Positions 14,688-29,869 of a stretch of DNA of 64,000 bases are shown here, piece by piece. The translations under genes were made by a program, and so were the position numbers. Every line of letters begins with the position of its first letter. The stretch's first letter is position 1. Location of the stretch: NCBI RefSeq assembly GCF_009914755.1, contig NC_060944.1; one strand, given 5' to 3'. This DNA is from the human T2T-CHM13v2.0 reference genome, Homo sapiens. The notes below the pieces were generated by a model, which searched no databases, had not been told where the DNA came from, and saw only the letters and a list, made by a program, of their open reading frames with translations.

Positions 14688-15276
14688 AAAACTCAAGGAG
14701 TTAATTTACATTTAGACCAATCTAGATGTGTTTAAAATAAAAGTAAAAATTTCAGTTCTGTAAGAAGTGTCTACTGGGGCAAGTACAATTAGTCCTGGCT
14801 TACACATGAGAAATAATTGCCTATTGTCTATTATTTTATTGCCTAGGTTACTGCCAAAGCTTGTGGGTGATTCCTCTGACCCTTTGTACTAAAGGGGCTT
14901 TCTGAATTGCCTTTCTTCATAGGTTTCTTCTGTATTGAAAAGGCTTTCATGGCTTTTCATGTCCTTAGAATGAAGTTGAATTTCCTAAGCCTGACATTCA
15001 AGACTCTTCTAAATTTAGATGAAAGTTACCTTCCCAACCTCATGAATCATTATGCTACCTTAAGACAATTTCAACCAAGATAGGCTTTTCCTTGTTACCT
15101 CCATGACTTCCTTCATTCAGCTGCTCTAACCATGCAGTGACCTCTCTAATCCTCCCCTTCTCTTAAGGAACCGTGTGGTAGAAATTATATAGACTTAGGC
15201 CCATGACAGACTAGAATTCTATGTTGGAAAAGCCACTGCTTCCCTCTGGGGCTCAGTTCCTGACTCAGTAAAGAGG

Positions 15277-15640
15277 TATCAGTTACTGGCACAGTAATGC
15301 CCCATAACAAACAACCACAAAATTTCAGTGGCATAGACACTTATTTATCCTTCATTTGTGGGTGGCTGGGCTCAGTTCAAGACTTCTTCATAAGACTCTC
15401 ATTTTTTGATGATCAGTGAGAGATAAGGATTGTTTTTCTCATGGGCTTGGCAGAAAATCTGAATGTACATGTGCAATTCAAGGCTTTGCTGGCGCAGTGT
15501 CCACTTTGGCCTCAGAAAGTCACATCATCAGGGTGGGGAAATATAGTCCACTCCTAGTGGGAGGAACTACAATGTCATTGGGAAAAAAGGCATAGATATG
15601 GGGATGAGGTAAAGAATTGAGAACAATGATGGAGCCTCCA
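15277..15640 (-). mobile_element. Old MLT1 (J/K/L-like) MaLR LTR
   Basis: 'cataacaaacaaccacaaaatttcagtggcat', 'aagtcacat', 'gggaggaactacaatgtca', 'aagaattgagaacaatgat'. Confidence 0.7.
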
Positions 15641-17469
15641 GTAGTATTATTAAGAGGTTAACTCAGATAATCTAGGTTAGGTTTCTGACAGGGCATGTGG
15701 CACAAAGACCCTGAACACGTTTTTCTTTCCCCCTGTACTTTCCTCACACCCACTTGTTCAAACTCTCCTTCTTCCTTTAGTCTTGCAGCTGTTATTCTAT
15801 CACTGGCACTTCCTGTGCTTTTCACATAGTAAGCAGTAAGTAAATGGTTTTTAAACATAATTCTATAATCATTATTTGCTTTTTTATTGAAATACATATG
15901 GAACAGCCTATATGTAGCCCTTGTATCTTCTCATCAATCCTAAGTTTTAAGTTCAAGTAGAATTTAGTTGCCAATTTAGACACCTATATTGGTTCCCAAA
16001 TGTAATGAAACAAAGCTAATAAAATTCTTTAAACAAAAAACAAAAACAAAAAGGTATTGTCTCTGCTTCTTAGTAGCACTTTCTCTATAGCCATCTCTTT
16101 GAGTGATGTCTGACTTTATCTTCTGCCAAAGATAGATAATGTTTATATCAGACAAAAAAATAATTATAATAACATAAGATCGTAAGAAATGACTTGTCAG
16201 CTTATATTAATCTGACTTTGGTCTCTGATCATGGCCACCAGATATATTTGGTGGAACCACTCCCTTGTCAGACCACCTTGCAGGTTAAATCTGTAACCCA
16301 AACACCTCCCCACTTCTCTTTTAATTCTCAGCTTTTTAAACTTTAAGTGGCTTAAATTTGATCTTTACATTCCACTGTCATTCCAGCACATACACAAAAA
16401 TATGTATTTTGTGCTATCTCCTTGGTGTAGTGACTGTGTGGTAAGATGGAAAGACTATTATTGAGCTTGGAATCAAGTCCCTGCTTTGGCACGCGTTAGC
16501 TGGGCTGCAGTTTTCTCATCAGGAGCATGATTCAGATTGTTTATTCTTATATATCCTTTTTGATTATTACCTTTTGCAGCTCTATTCACTGGAAATGAGG
16601 GGACTAGAAAAGAGAAAAAAGAGATAAAACATTGACTAACGTGTCTTTGTGCCATTTTCAGTCACTGCTTTGGAATCTGGCAGGAGAGCTAATATTCCTG
16701 TTTCATTTTTATTGGGCTTAAAATATATGTTTATCTTCTCTTGATGAAGATTTGGTATTTTTTTTATCCCTCGGATTTCTTCTTTGAGGTGACTAAATGT
16801 GCTGTTTCTTAGAAAGCTTGGCTGGAACTTTTCATCTAGTGTGCTAGAGTCTCTATAAAACATATCTAAATAATTTTCAAAGACTTTGCTTTAAATGCCT
16901 GTTGAATTCTCCTGGGTAATATTAGCTGAGTTTCCTCATGTACATTTGGTGGTACATTTTTATAATTATTTCTATTTGGTGCTATTCGGCTTTTCACAAA
17001 AATTATGTATCTGGTCATATCCCTTGGTCTGTGGGCCATTGTGACTCAGATTTCAGATTGCATACGTATGTGTTAAATGGAGTTTCATTCTCGTAAAAGA
17101 AACCTTACTGAACATGACCACTCTTCTAGTGGTTTCCATGTGAAATGAATTATGTTCTATTGTAATCTGGAGTCTTTTCATTTTCCTGTGAGAAATGGTT
17201 TGAAAATTGTATTCTGTTGTTTACACTGTTGGGTATCTCTTAGGAGGCTTATACAGAGGATAAGAACTAAGATAGCTTTGCTCTCCTTACTTCTTGGTGT
17301 ATCTACATAGCATAAAAATTAAGATTTATTTCTTAAGGACTATGAATGTTTTGTAACATTCAATTTTGAGACATTCAAATATGCTGAGTGTTTTTTAAAC
17401 AGATACTCTGTAAAAATGAATGTACTAAGTTCTCAGACTAAGGTGTTTTTTTTTCCCACTCATATGTAG

Positions 17470-17630
17470 AGGAAGTTTGGTGTTGTGGTTAAAATTATGA
17501 ACTCTGGGGTAAGACTGATTTGATTTGGGTATCAATCTCTGCCTCTATTTGACTGAGTAAATTTCATAACTACCTTAAAGCTCCGTTTCATCACCTTTAA
17601 AATGGAGATAATAATAGTTCCCATCACCCA
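17470..17630 (+). mobile_element. MIR SINE
   Basis: 'gtgttgtggttaaaattatgaactctgg...tttcatcacctttaaaatggagataataatagt'. Confidence 0.7.
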
Positions 17631-18760
17631 TTTTACTCAACAAGATTTATCAAAGGCCCAATATGTGTGAGTTTATGTTGTAAATGATAGGGATGCCCCA
17701 TAAGAGAAAATTCCTATTTTTGACTTCTACTGAAAGGAAATAAGCAACATGAGTAAATGTGCATGAAAAAGCAGTAGAAACAACTCTGATAAAATAGGAT
17801 TGGGCACTATATTAGGTTCAATAGTTTATGAAATCCTTTCTGCAGAGGATATTTTTAAGCTGGGGCTTTAAGAAGGAAATGAGAGAAGAGCATTCAAGCA
17901 AAGGAAACACATATGGTAACAATTCTGTGCTAAGAATGAGTTTGCTATATTCGAGTAAAAGGCAAAAAGGCCAGTGAGACTTGAGCATGATCATCTAAGG
18001 AGAAAGTCATTCAGGTATTAGACAAAGACAGGCTCAGGAACTGTAGAGTCCTGTAAGCCAAGAAAGGAGATGGGGTTTTATTTGAAGTATGTTGGGAGCC
18101 ACTGGAAGGTTGTGAGGAGGAAGCACCATGGCTTGCTTAGTATTTTTTTACATATTACTTGGGATATTGTGTGGAGAATGGAATGTACAAAGAAGGCATG
18201 TTATGAGGCTACTGCAATAGCCCAGATGAGAAATAGTAGTGGATTAGATGAGGGTGGTACTTCTGGAGATGGAGACAAATGGGTAGTTTCAGAGTATGTT
18301 TTGGGGGTGAAGTCAACAGGCTTGCTCATGGATTGGATATGGGGAGTGAAAGGATGGGAAGAATCAAGAACAAATCCTAGGTTTTTGGCTTGAGCAACTG
18401 ATGGATGACAACACCATTTCCTGAGATACGAGAGGGAGGAGAAGCAGGTTTTGGAAGTGATAACAAGAGTTGTTTCTTGGCCTTGTTAACAGCTACTTCA
18501 GGGTGTTAAGTAGCACTTGAAAATGTGAATCTGGAGTTAGGGGGCCAGTCAGGGATAAAAATATAAATTTTGGAGTCATTGGTTTATAAGTATTGAGAAT
18601 GGATGAGATCACCTAAGCAGAGAATGGAGATGGAAAAAAGAAGCTTCCCCAGAATGAATAGTGTAGTGCACCAGTGTTTAGACATCAGGGAGAAGAGAAA
18701 TCAGCAAAGGAGACAGAGAAGGCATGCAAACTGAGCTAGAAAGAAAAATAGAATATGAAG
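17631..18760 (-). mobile_element. L2 (L2a-like) LINE 3' region
   Basis: Typical reverse L2 motifs 'gggagccactggaagg', 'gctactgcaatagcccagatgagaaat', 'aggtttttggcttgagcaactg', 'gatgagatcaccta'. Confidence 0.85.
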
Positions 18761-18799
18761 CCCTTAGCATGCTCATATATAGTAGCTTCTCTATAAATG

Positions 18800-19235
18800 T
18801 TGATATATTATGTGTGTTTCCCCAGAACACTGAGATAAGGAGACTGAGAGATGGTCCCTGGAAGTGCTGGTACGGAAGTAGAAAGTGAGGCAATGGAAGG
18901 AGAGGAAGCCAGCAAAGCTTGTGTTTTCAAGCAGGTTACCAGCAAAAAACTGAAGCTCCATTCTGCTGGTGACCGCTGGGAAACAATATAGAATATGCCT
19001 CAGAGTAGCCGCCCCAGAGGGTGAGGACATAGATGTATTCATCCTCCAACCCCCATTTGTCATTAACTGAGGGCTGCTCTCTGGTGAGTGAACTCCTCAG
19101 CACTTTGGGGCTGCTCTATATGGGCCAAGAAAAAGCCCTTAGGGGTTGCAGATGCTGTTTGCACAGGAAACAGTGTGTGCACCCACAGTGTGTGCTAGAA
19201 CAGGTGCTGAGCAGATCTGACAGTGGTTCCTGCTA
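18800..19235 (-). mobile_element. LTR16-like ERVL LTR
   Basis: 'ttccccagaa...ctgagataagg', 'caagcaggttacca', 'agaatatgcctcagag', 'tgtcattaactgagggctgctc'. Confidence 0.7.
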
Positions 19236-19824
19236 TCATGTCCCTTACGTGACTGGCTCTCATCATTATACCTTTCTTCATTGAAATATTATAGGAACAA
19301 AGGAAATTCCAATTGATAAAAATGAATTATTAAAACAAGAGAGAATTCAAAATTCTTCATAATGGTCATACCAAAAGATGTGATGAACTCATTGAAGCAT
19401 ATTAACCAATGGCTCAGTAATTCTCCTTATATTCTTGTTTGAAAGTAGCAATAAATTTTAAGGCATATTCCTTGAGTGCCAAAGACATCATTAAAAGTGA
19501 CACCATCAAATATGAAGATGAACACATATAACCTTGATATTTTGAAATACTAGAATAAGAATTCATACCATACAGTACCTTGAAATCCAATGCCTTTCTC
19601 CCAAAGGGATCAAAGGTTACGCTTGATGCTTTTCAGGGCACCTTGTACACAGGAGATCACTTGATCCTAACTCCTGGGATCAGAACGAATGAAGCGATTA
19701 GTGTCACAGGCGAAACTGAATTGCTTTTAAGCTTCTTATCTGAGCAAGTGTCGATACTGAGATCAAGACTTAGGTTTGCTAAACTCTGATTTGGTTTCCT
19801 CATCTCTCTGCCATAATGGAAATA

Positions 19825-20045
19825 GTAAAATGTTTCCTAGTGCTTATAATATGCCAGACACTGCCCTAATCACTTTACAAAATTAGCTAATTTTATCGTC
19901 AAAACAACACTATGGCTTAAGTAGCATTATTGTCTTGCTTTTAACTACTCGGGCATCAAGTTAGGAAACTGGTTCAGTTCACATCTCATAAGTACGAAAG
20001 TAGGGATTCAAACCCAGGCACCTGCCTCCAGCTCTGTTCTCCTCA
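19825..20045 (-). mobile_element. MIR SINE
   Basis: 'tagtgcttataatatgccagacactg...gggattcaaacccaggca'. Confidence 0.7.
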
Positions 20046-20270
20046 GATGACTCTTACACAGCTGTTACACAGCTTATGTGGCAGTAATAGGCTGTGATCT
20101 TATCCCTGACTATATGAATTACTTGGAAAAAATCACACACATGATGTGTTTGCTACTTTTTCCATAAATCCACTTTAAAAATCATTTTACCAGAGGTTAA
20201 AAAAAACCCTCCCATCAGCAGTCTTATTTATAATTGAAAAAATTTAGGTTCCTTTTTATTAAATCTCTTT

Positions 20271-20290
20271 CATATGGTTTAAACCATATG
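20271..20290. repeat. Perfect 20-bp palindrome
   Basis: catatggtttaaaccatatg equals its own reverse complement. Confidence 0.95.
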
Positions 20291-20517
20291 GTGACTAATT
20301 TTTTATACAGTCTAAAGTGTATACAATTTGTTCAATGTAGTTTTGCCTTTTTGTGAATTCCTATGCTTTATCATTAGGCTGAAAAGCATGCAGGATACCA
20401 GAAATACTCTTACCAGTAAACTTCCATTGAAAATCTGGCTATGGAAGAAAAGTCTGCCAGCCAGTACTTTGTACTTTGGAAAGGAAGCCATAGATCCAGA
20501 TATTCTCCAAGAAATAC

Positions 20518-20838
<321 letters not shown>

Positions 20839-22949
20839 TTACTTTATCACTCCCCAAATGTAATTTATCAACTGTCTCTTCAGTCTCATTTGCTGTTACC
20901 TGCCCGCTATACCAAGTAACTAATCATAATTTTCAAAGGAATTTCAAATATGTTACGTCATTTGATCTCAGTAAGATTTTTGATGCCAGGTAGATCTGCA
21001 AGATTACTTTCATAACACAGGAGAATCTGATATTCCACCTTTAGGGAAAGGGATTGCTCCTGGAAGCTCTTTCCAACTCTTTTCCCATATGGAAGAATTT
21101 TCCAGTCCCATTTCACTCTGAGATATTATTATTACTTTTCCTGGCTACTTTATATTAGTGACTATTTTAAATCCTACTGGAGGGGATTTAAAGGCTCTTG
21201 TGCAATCCTTTCATAGCCCATGAATTTCAAGAATAAGAGTTGCTTAACTTACTGGCCCCAGAATTCTGTTTCCACTTATCTCTATGTTAAACTAGAGCCA
21301 CAGAGAAAAATTATGACCCAGTAATTTCTTCTCTTATTTAAAATGTCAAGCTCCTATGTCCTGAAAGTTAGTACTAGATTTTATATGTCTGCATTTTAGT
21401 TTTAGTTTTGTTTTTTATTTCAGATCGGAAGAAAATGAAGTATTCTGTTAATTTAAAGTTACTTATGGCACATCCCTGTAATACTAATCACTTAAAGATG
21501 TAGCAATTTATATTTTTTACAGTGTTAATTCATAAGTGGATAGGACTGTGAACAAATGAATTAAACCGAAGTCCTTATAATTTAAACATTCCTTTTTGGA
21601 AAGTACTTTAAAAATAAACTGACTTAAATACTTCCTATTTGAATTATTATTTTCTTTATTCTTCTCATATTGGTTCTAAGATATGCAATTTTATATAGCA
21701 TACGTAATAGCTAAATGTTAAAGACTGAATACCTGTGCTTCTCTTTAAAGTCTGTTTTGTCTTCTGGCTAAAGCCAGATTCCATTTAAAAACCTTACAGA
21801 ATATGAGACACTATTTTACCATTATTGTTTGTGTCAACTGCAGCCAGAGATGAGCTCCCGATATCTCTGGAATAATTTAGAAGTTGATGCCAAGTCATGA
21901 TTCTGGTCAATACAGTAATTTCAGTTTTGTAAAGTTTATTTATTTAAAAAAATTAGTTCAGTGTTTCATTCATGATTTTTGTAATACCACAGGGAAGAAT
22001 AGAAAAATGTAAGGATAAGCATGAGAAACAAATTAGTTGATAAATTATTATAAGCTTCTTATAATAAGGTCAACTCAGATAACTCTCCATGTAAGCTGCA
22101 TATGAGCATAAATAAAGTTAACTGTATGATTAATCTCTACTATTGTGTTTGCATCCAAGAGACATTAAAATAAACATTATGGTTAGATAGAGTAAATTCT
22201 AAAAAGCTGCAAAAACATTTAGGTTATATATTTAACACATAGTAATATGCCTGTGTTTACATCTTCCAATTAGATAAATTTCTGATAATTTTTGTCTCCT
22301 TAGGATTTTCTAATGAAAATAGAGAGCAGTATTTTAATTGTTTAGTATCACATAATTGTTCTAGCCTTCATATACAATTTAAAATAAATGGCACAAAAGT
22401 GCTTGGTAAAGCACTTTATAAAACTATATGAATTTGATCTGTTATTCTGACTTTAACAAATTATACAAATATCATAGATGATTATAAGTTAAAATACAGA
22501 TATGCTCTAGTAGCAGAATTTCCACATAAGCATGCTACCGTACATACTTTAAACCAAGAACTTCCATTTCTAATGATAAGATTGACTAGACTAGATATGT
22601 TGACAATCCTTTTATCACGCATGAAAAACACTTAATATATTTTATGTAGTATCCTCAATAACTGTTTAAGATATATGATTAGCTGGCTTGAAAATAAAGA
22701 AATTGTCTAAGGTCAAAGGACTAAGTGAGAGCTGGAATCTGAATACACAAGGGAACATTGATCTCCTTTGACCTGGGCAATTCTTAACGTCTCTGTGGGG
22801 GTAAGAACCAAAGCCCAGGGCCCATGCAAGGTGAGGAGTGTTTGCAACTACAAGCTCACCATCTAATGGATTGGCGGCACACATTCATGCGACTTATTTG
22901 CTCAAAAACTCCCAAGCTAAATATTTACTTTAAGGTTCTCTTGGGTGAT

Positions 22950-24230
22950 TTATAGCAGAAAATGAGAGTCCTTGTTAAAGGTACACACTCTCAATACAAA
23001 TCACAAAATAATTTTATGAATAAAGTTAAAATGGTCACAAACTCAGTATGAAAAAAAGCACTAAATGTACGAAGAAGTCACCATGATCTAGGATCCACAA
23101 AAGCAGCAAAGGTAGGATTATAGTATTAGAATCATTAGGTAAGAATGTAACTAAGTATTTGCATTACATTTATTAAAATAAAAGGGAACTAAATGTTCTT
23201 AAGAGGTGAGAGACTATAAAAAATTATTAAACCATTTTTTTAGGAGAATCAAATAGAAAATTAGCAAATAAAATAATAAATTTTGAAGAGCACAACGTGG
23301 ATGAACAATTAAGACCTGGCAAACTAGAAGATCTAAACAATTGCAGCCTGAAGAGTCAAAGAGGTAGAAAATATGGGAGCCAGATGAAGAGATGTGGAGG
23401 GTGTGGTGAGCAGACCTAGCACACATTCAAATGAAATTCCAGAGGAAAGCATAGAGAAAGCGGAGGACACTGGTTTTTGACAATAAAATGGGTAAGAATT
23501 TTCCAGAATTAATGAAAGACATAAATCTTTAGTTTCAGGAACACCAACAAATCCCAAGCAGGAAAAAGAAAAATAAATCTACATCTAAACACATTGAGGC
23601 CCAATCATGCTACTCCAGAGACAAGACTAAAATTGTAAAAGCAGCCACTGAGAAAGGACGACTCACCCACATGACCAACAACCGTTATTAGACTGGCAGG
23701 TCTCTCTCATGGCGTTAGCGAAAGATGGAAAACATTAGAATAAAAGCTTCAGAGTGCTGGGAACCACAGCTGTCAAAATAGACTTATAAACCCAGTGAAA
23801 CTGTCTTTAAAGAAGGAGAGATACCTTTCAAGAAATTAAGAACAAAGAATTTGCTAGCAACAGACCCTTCCAGAAGGAATTTCTACGTTATGCACTTCAA
23901 GAAGAGAATCCTAAAAGGATGGCACAAATATGAAAATAAATAGCGAGAAAAGAAATTCATACATATATAGTATATAGATAAATCTAATATAATATTGACT
24001 GTATAAACCAATAATAGCATCCGTTCATAAGATTCAAAAACAGATAAAAAAAATACTGGACAAAAGTTACATGTAAGCTGAGAAAAGGGAGATCAGGTTT
24101 AAAGTGTTTTTTTAAAGATCTTTCTATTATTCCAGAGGTGAATTCAGATTACATTTAAACATTGTTAAATTAGGTATGCATGTTTTACATAATAAACTCT
24201 AAAATAATAGAAATTAGCTGTGTATTGCCC
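22950..24230 (+). mobile_element. Ancient L1M 5'/ORF1-region fragment
   Basis: ORF1-like motifs 'aaattccagagg', 'gaattttccagaattaatgaaagaca', 'caaatcccaagcagg...aaatctacatctaaacacat'; heavily degenerate. Confidence 0.7.
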
Positions 24231-24240
24231 AAACAGGTTT

Positions 24241-24242
<2 letters not shown>

Positions 24243-24274
<32 letters not shown>

Positions 24275-24300
24275 CACACACACACTCACAAACACATACA
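24243..24300. repeat. (CA)n microsatellite
   Basis: About 15 pure CA units followed by interrupted CA. Confidence 0.9.
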
Positions 24301-24882
24301 TTAATTTTGCATCAAAAATATTGTCTTCTGTAATTTCAGGAACTATTTTCTGCTCATAACCTTGTAGGCCCTACCTGAATCCAACAAGAAAAATGTAAAA
24401 ATAATGCTCAATCCTGGTAATAAAAGAAATCATATGTTTAACAATATAAAGATCCATCAAAAACAACACTTTAAAGAGATGAATGAGACTGAGACCTTTG
24501 CTGGCCTACCTGGGAGGAAACGTGCCTGTCCTGAGTTCATGCTGCCCCTATAATGCAGGATTAGAGAACACATCATATTTGTCCTCATTATAGAGATCGT
24601 TCTAATGAGGAAAAAACTTATGTCACCGAATCTACTTTTCTAAACAGAATCCACGATCTCTTAGAAGACCAGGAAGCCCTTCCAACGTACCACATGGTGC
24701 TGACACTCAATCTCTGCCTAAATGAACTCAGAGAACTATAACTGGTGGGACATATATTTAGAAGAAATAGTTATGAAAACCATAGCATGGTGCTGCCATT
24801 GTTATTTGCTAGGTAGGAGTCTGCTAATAGTTATCTCCTTCATGTGGCTTCAATTTCTATATGATTTGGGGATATTCTAAAG

Positions 24883-25380
24883 CACTAGTATTTAAAGTGT
24901 GGTGTGGGGACCTCTGGAGGTCCCCCGGGCCCTTTCGTCCAGGTTCATGAGGTCAACTCTATTTTCATTTAAATACTAATGAGTGATATGTGCCTTTTTT
25001 CACTCTCTTTCTCTCTTAAATGCATGGTGTTTTCCAGAGGGCTACATAACAGGTGATACCTTAACATATTGAATGCAGAAGCAGATACGAGAATCCAGTC
25101 GTCTTTTTTTAAAACCAGACATTAAAGATATTTGCAAAGATTTAAACAATGCCATTCTTCTCACTAAATTTTTTGGTTTTGAAAACATGGTTATTTTTAT
25201 ATGTTAATTTATATTCATCTGTATTGTTAATCTTTACATGAATTAAATATTTTTTAAATTCTCGCTTAATTTCTAATATGGTAAATATCTATAGATATAA
25301 CACATAGAAACACAACTGTAAGGTCTTAATTTTTAAGAATGTAAAGGGGCTTCTGCAAACAAAAAGTTTGAAAATGACTT
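24883..25380 (+). mobile_element. Charlie4a/MER80-like hAT DNA transposon (non-autonomous)
   Basis: 'aaagtgtggtgtggggacc', 'ttgaatgcagaagcagatacgagaatccag', 'aagtttgaaaatgact'; about 500 bp, flanked by tcta-type targets. Confidence 0.82.
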
Positions 25381-27099
25381 CTCTAATACAACAGAAAGGG
25401 AATATTTATAGTCCAGTAAGACTTTGAAAAGGTATAGAGTTCTTAGGTATTTTGGAGGAGACTGTGGCTGGCGTCATTTTGTAATGTTCCTATGTAGCAA
25501 CATCTATTGGGAAAAATAAAGCATGTGTGTATTTGGGGGCAGGTGTTTCTAGTATTTCTTGGGCAAACTTTGAGTGCTATGTATTATCTGTAATCTTTGT
25601 TTGGACTTTCTTTGTGGTAAATTAGAACCCCAAATGTTTTCATAACTTCAACCTTGAACTGTTGTTTTAGGATAGACACCAATAAATATAAGGGGTCCAC
25701 TGGGAAGGCAGAGAGCATTTTTAGATTTATGAAGGGGGAAAAAAATCAATAGTGTCCCTAAGGCCGTGTAAGTCATGAGTAACACAAGTATTCTTATGCA
25801 AAGTTGACAATATCATGAAACATAAACCTTTGCTTTGGAATTTTACCAGAAATTAAAGTGGCATTATAAAGGAAAGTCGATGTTTTAGCCCGTATCTCAG
25901 GAGGAATTTGTCCTTCTGATTGCTTTGCTCTGTTACCTCACTTTGGCTGAGCTCTGTGAAGAATTTTTTTTTCTTTTCCCCTGAAAAGTTAGGTGACCTC
26001 CTCACATTCTTCTGCCTTCTGGCTCATTCACTTTTTCTCCCCCTTCAATCTTTGATTAAAGCTTCTAGGCCCCTAGGAGTTCTTATTTCTTATACAGCAA
26101 GCCATGCACTTTGTCCTCTTGTTAAGGAATGAATTAATAAGCTTAACTCCCTCTTTGAAGAAGAGTTTGGAATGCTTTCTTGGAGAAAATTAATATTCAA
26201 TTACCAAGGTTGTCATCTCACCAAATAGAAGAATAAAAGACATAGCATAGCCACACTTGAAGATAATTGAAATCGAATTTCAGTTTGTATTATACCTTAA
26301 TTACCCAAGCTTTCAGGGGAAATTCTTAATTCTTATGTCTACTTTCTTATGAAAGTGAGTACATTTTTCCTGATGCATATTTATAACAAGACTGTTTAAC
26401 ACACTGCTTTAAAAGAACTTGGATTGAGTGGTTCTTCTTGCAATGGACTTTGGAGTTTTAGACACATCCTAGTTACCTATGAAATTCATAGTGTTTATCT
26501 TTTTTGGCATTGCATAAGTCCTCCAAAGGACAATAAAAATAATACTTCTCCTAATTGCATCCTTTATATTTTATAATATTCCTGTGATACTTTGATTGGT
26601 GATAGTGAACAGGTACATAAGAGGCAGCTCAGGGTACTTCCTTATAGGTAACCCTTTTCCTGCATAGGTTTTTAAATCACAGAATATACATAAACATTTA
26701 TGTTGGTTAATTGTATGATAAAAATATTTTATAGTTAATAATAATTTAAAGATCAAACAAAAACTTTGTGAGGGCAAGGAGAGTAAGAAATTGATAATGT
26801 ATCAGTACATGGAGAAGAATTACAGCATAGCATAGAGTGTAGAAAAATGAATTCATAGATGGTAAATCTACACACAGATAACTCTGGGAAGAATTAAAAT
26901 CTGTGCTTGGCATCTGCATTTTACATTTGTTTCTCTGGGAACTTGGAATAAACAATGAACCTGCAGAAGCAATTATAAAAGCTTTGATGCATTATAAAAT
27001 AGGCAGGGGTTTTTTTTCCCCAAACTGGGGTAAAATTATAAATGAAGCCAAGTTTATCCAAGGCTGATGTTGATCTGTCAAGCTAAAATAGAACCGACT

Positions 27100-27290
27100 T
27101 GAGAATCCAAGGACATAGCATTTTGTTTGGGCTCTAGTACTTATTTGCTGTGCAACATTGAGCTAATTGCTTAACCTCTTAATGCCTTAGTTTCCCCATT
27201 TGTATATTGAGGATAATCGTGTGTTCTCTGACTACTTCACAGGACTTTTGTTAGAAAATATCAGATACTGTATGTAGGCACTTTCAAAAA
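27100..27290 (+). mobile_element. MIR SINE
   Basis: 'gcttaacctcttaatgccttagtttccccatttgtatattgaggataat'. Confidence 0.75.
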
Positions 27291-27479
27291 TGATCTTATA
27301 TTACTGATTTCAAAGAGTTATTATTAAGCTCCCTTACCCTCTGATTTCTCCCATTCTGACACATCTTCTTAAAAACCGTCAAAGAGTCTGAAAACATATC
27401 CCTCCCCACCCTTTTTTTCAGCCAAGACCTCACTCTTACAATGTCCAAGAAATATTTTATATTAAAATTAACAATAAGG

Positions 27480-27870
<391 letters not shown>

Positions 27871-27934
27871 TCATCCAAAAAACAACTTTTTTTTTCTTAA
27901 TAGTAACTTTATTAAAACTAAAGTCTTTTGACTC

Positions 27935-29750
27935 CATAGCCAAAATGACTTTGATAAAGAAGGAGAAAGTTGGAGGGTTCACATTTCCCAATGTTAAAAC
28001 ATATTACAAAAATACAGTAGTCAAAACAGCTTGGTACTGGCATGAATATAGGCATATAGACCAATGAAATAGAATTTATCATCCAGAAATAAATCCATGC
28101 ATCTATGGGCCACTGATTTTCAACAAGACTATCAAGACCGTTGCATGGACAAAGAATAATATCTTCAACAAATAGTACTGGGATGACTGAATATTCATAT
28201 GCAAAAGGATGACATTGAGCCCTTACCTCATACCATTTACAAAAATTAACTCATGATAGATTAATGATATAAATATGAGCTAAAACTATAAAACCCTTAG
28301 AAAAAAAATAGGAGTAAGTCTTCATGACTTAGAGTTGGTGATGGATTCTTACATATGACACCAACAAGTAATAAAAGAAAAATATTAATAGATAAATTAG
28401 ACGTTATTAAAACAAAAAAAGCCCTTTTGTGCCTCAAACGACACTATGAAGAAAGTGAAAGGACAGCCCACTGAATGAGAGAAAATATTTGCCTGTCATA
28501 TCTGATGAGTCTATCTAGAATATATAAAGGACACTTACAACTAAACAACTGAAAGAGAAACAATGTAAGTAAAAATTAGACAATGAACTTGAAAAGACAT
28601 TTGTCTAAAGAAGGTATACGAATGGCCAACAAGCACATGAAGCACATGAACAGGCGTCCACACTGTCAGTCATTAGGGAAGTGCAAATGAAAACCAAAGT
28701 GAAATACCTCTTCACACCCCTGATAATGGCAAATAATAATAAAAAACAAGTAACAAGTGTTGGTGAGAATGCGAAGAAATTGAATGGACCCTGCATACTT
28801 TGCTGGTGGAAATATAAAGTGGTGCAACCAGGCTGGCATGGTGGCTCATGTTTGTAATCCCAGCACTTTAGGAGGCTGAGGTGGGTGGCTTGCTTGAGCC
28901 CAGGAGTTCGTGACCAGCCTGGACAATGTGGCAAAACCGTGTCTCTATTTTAAAAATACAAAAATTAGCTGGACATGATGGTGCATGCCTGTAGTCTCAG
29001 CTACTTGGGAGGCTGAGGTGGAAGGATCACCTGATCCCAGGAGGTGGTTTTACAGTGAGCCAAGATTGTGCCACTGCACTCCAGCTTGGTTGACAGAGCC
29101 AGACTCGGACTCAAAATAAATAAATAAATAACAATAAATAAATAAATAAAGTGGTGTAGCTACTGTGGAAAAGTTTCGTGATTCTTCAATATGTAAAATG
29201 TAGAATTACCATATGATCCAGCAATTCTACGCCTAGATATAGATGCCAAAGAACTGAAAACAGGTGTTCAAACAAAAACTTGTACACAAATGTTTATAGC
29301 AGCAATATTCATAATAGCCAAAAGGTAGAAACAAGCCCATATATCCATCATTTGAGGAATGGATAAAGGAAATGTCTCATATACATATGTATAATGGAAT
29401 ATTATTTAGCCATAAGGAGAAATGAAGCACTAACACTTGCAACAATGGAGATGAACCTCAGAAACATTACACTAAGTGAAAAAAGCCAGACACAGAGGCC
29501 ACAAATTGTGTTACTCCATTTATATAAAATATTCAGAATAGGAAAATCCATAGAGACATAAAGCAAATTAGTGATTGCCAGAGGGAGACAGGAGTGGGGA
29601 GTGATTGCTTAATGGGTATGGGATTTCCTTTTGGAGTGATGAAAATGTTGTGGAACTAGATAGTGGTGACTGCTGTACAACATTGTGAAAGTATACTGAA
29701 AGTCACTGGATTGTATACTTCAAAATGGCAAAGTTTAAATATTAAAAAAC
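27935..29750 (+). mobile_element. L1MB-like LINE (ORF2 C-terminus and 3' UTR), interrupted by AluJ
   Basis: ORF2 motifs 'tggtactggcatgaatataggcatatagaccaat', 'accatatgatccagcaattc'; L1MB 3' UTR 'gatagtggtgactgctgtacaacattgtgaa'. Confidence 0.88.
28831..29145 (+). mobile_element. AluJ (Jb-like) nested in L1MB
   Basis: Dimeric Alu with (TAAA)n tail; 17-bp TSD ataaagtggtgcaacca (28814-28830) / ataaagtggtgtagcta (29146-29162). Confidence 0.93.
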
Positions 29751-29869
29751 CTAAAGTAAACAAAGTGTTTTTCAAATATATCAGTCAGTAACCAAACCAA
29801 ACATCCTTCATGTATTTACATGAAGTATCTCCACAACAACAGTGATATCATTAATATCAGTGATAATCA

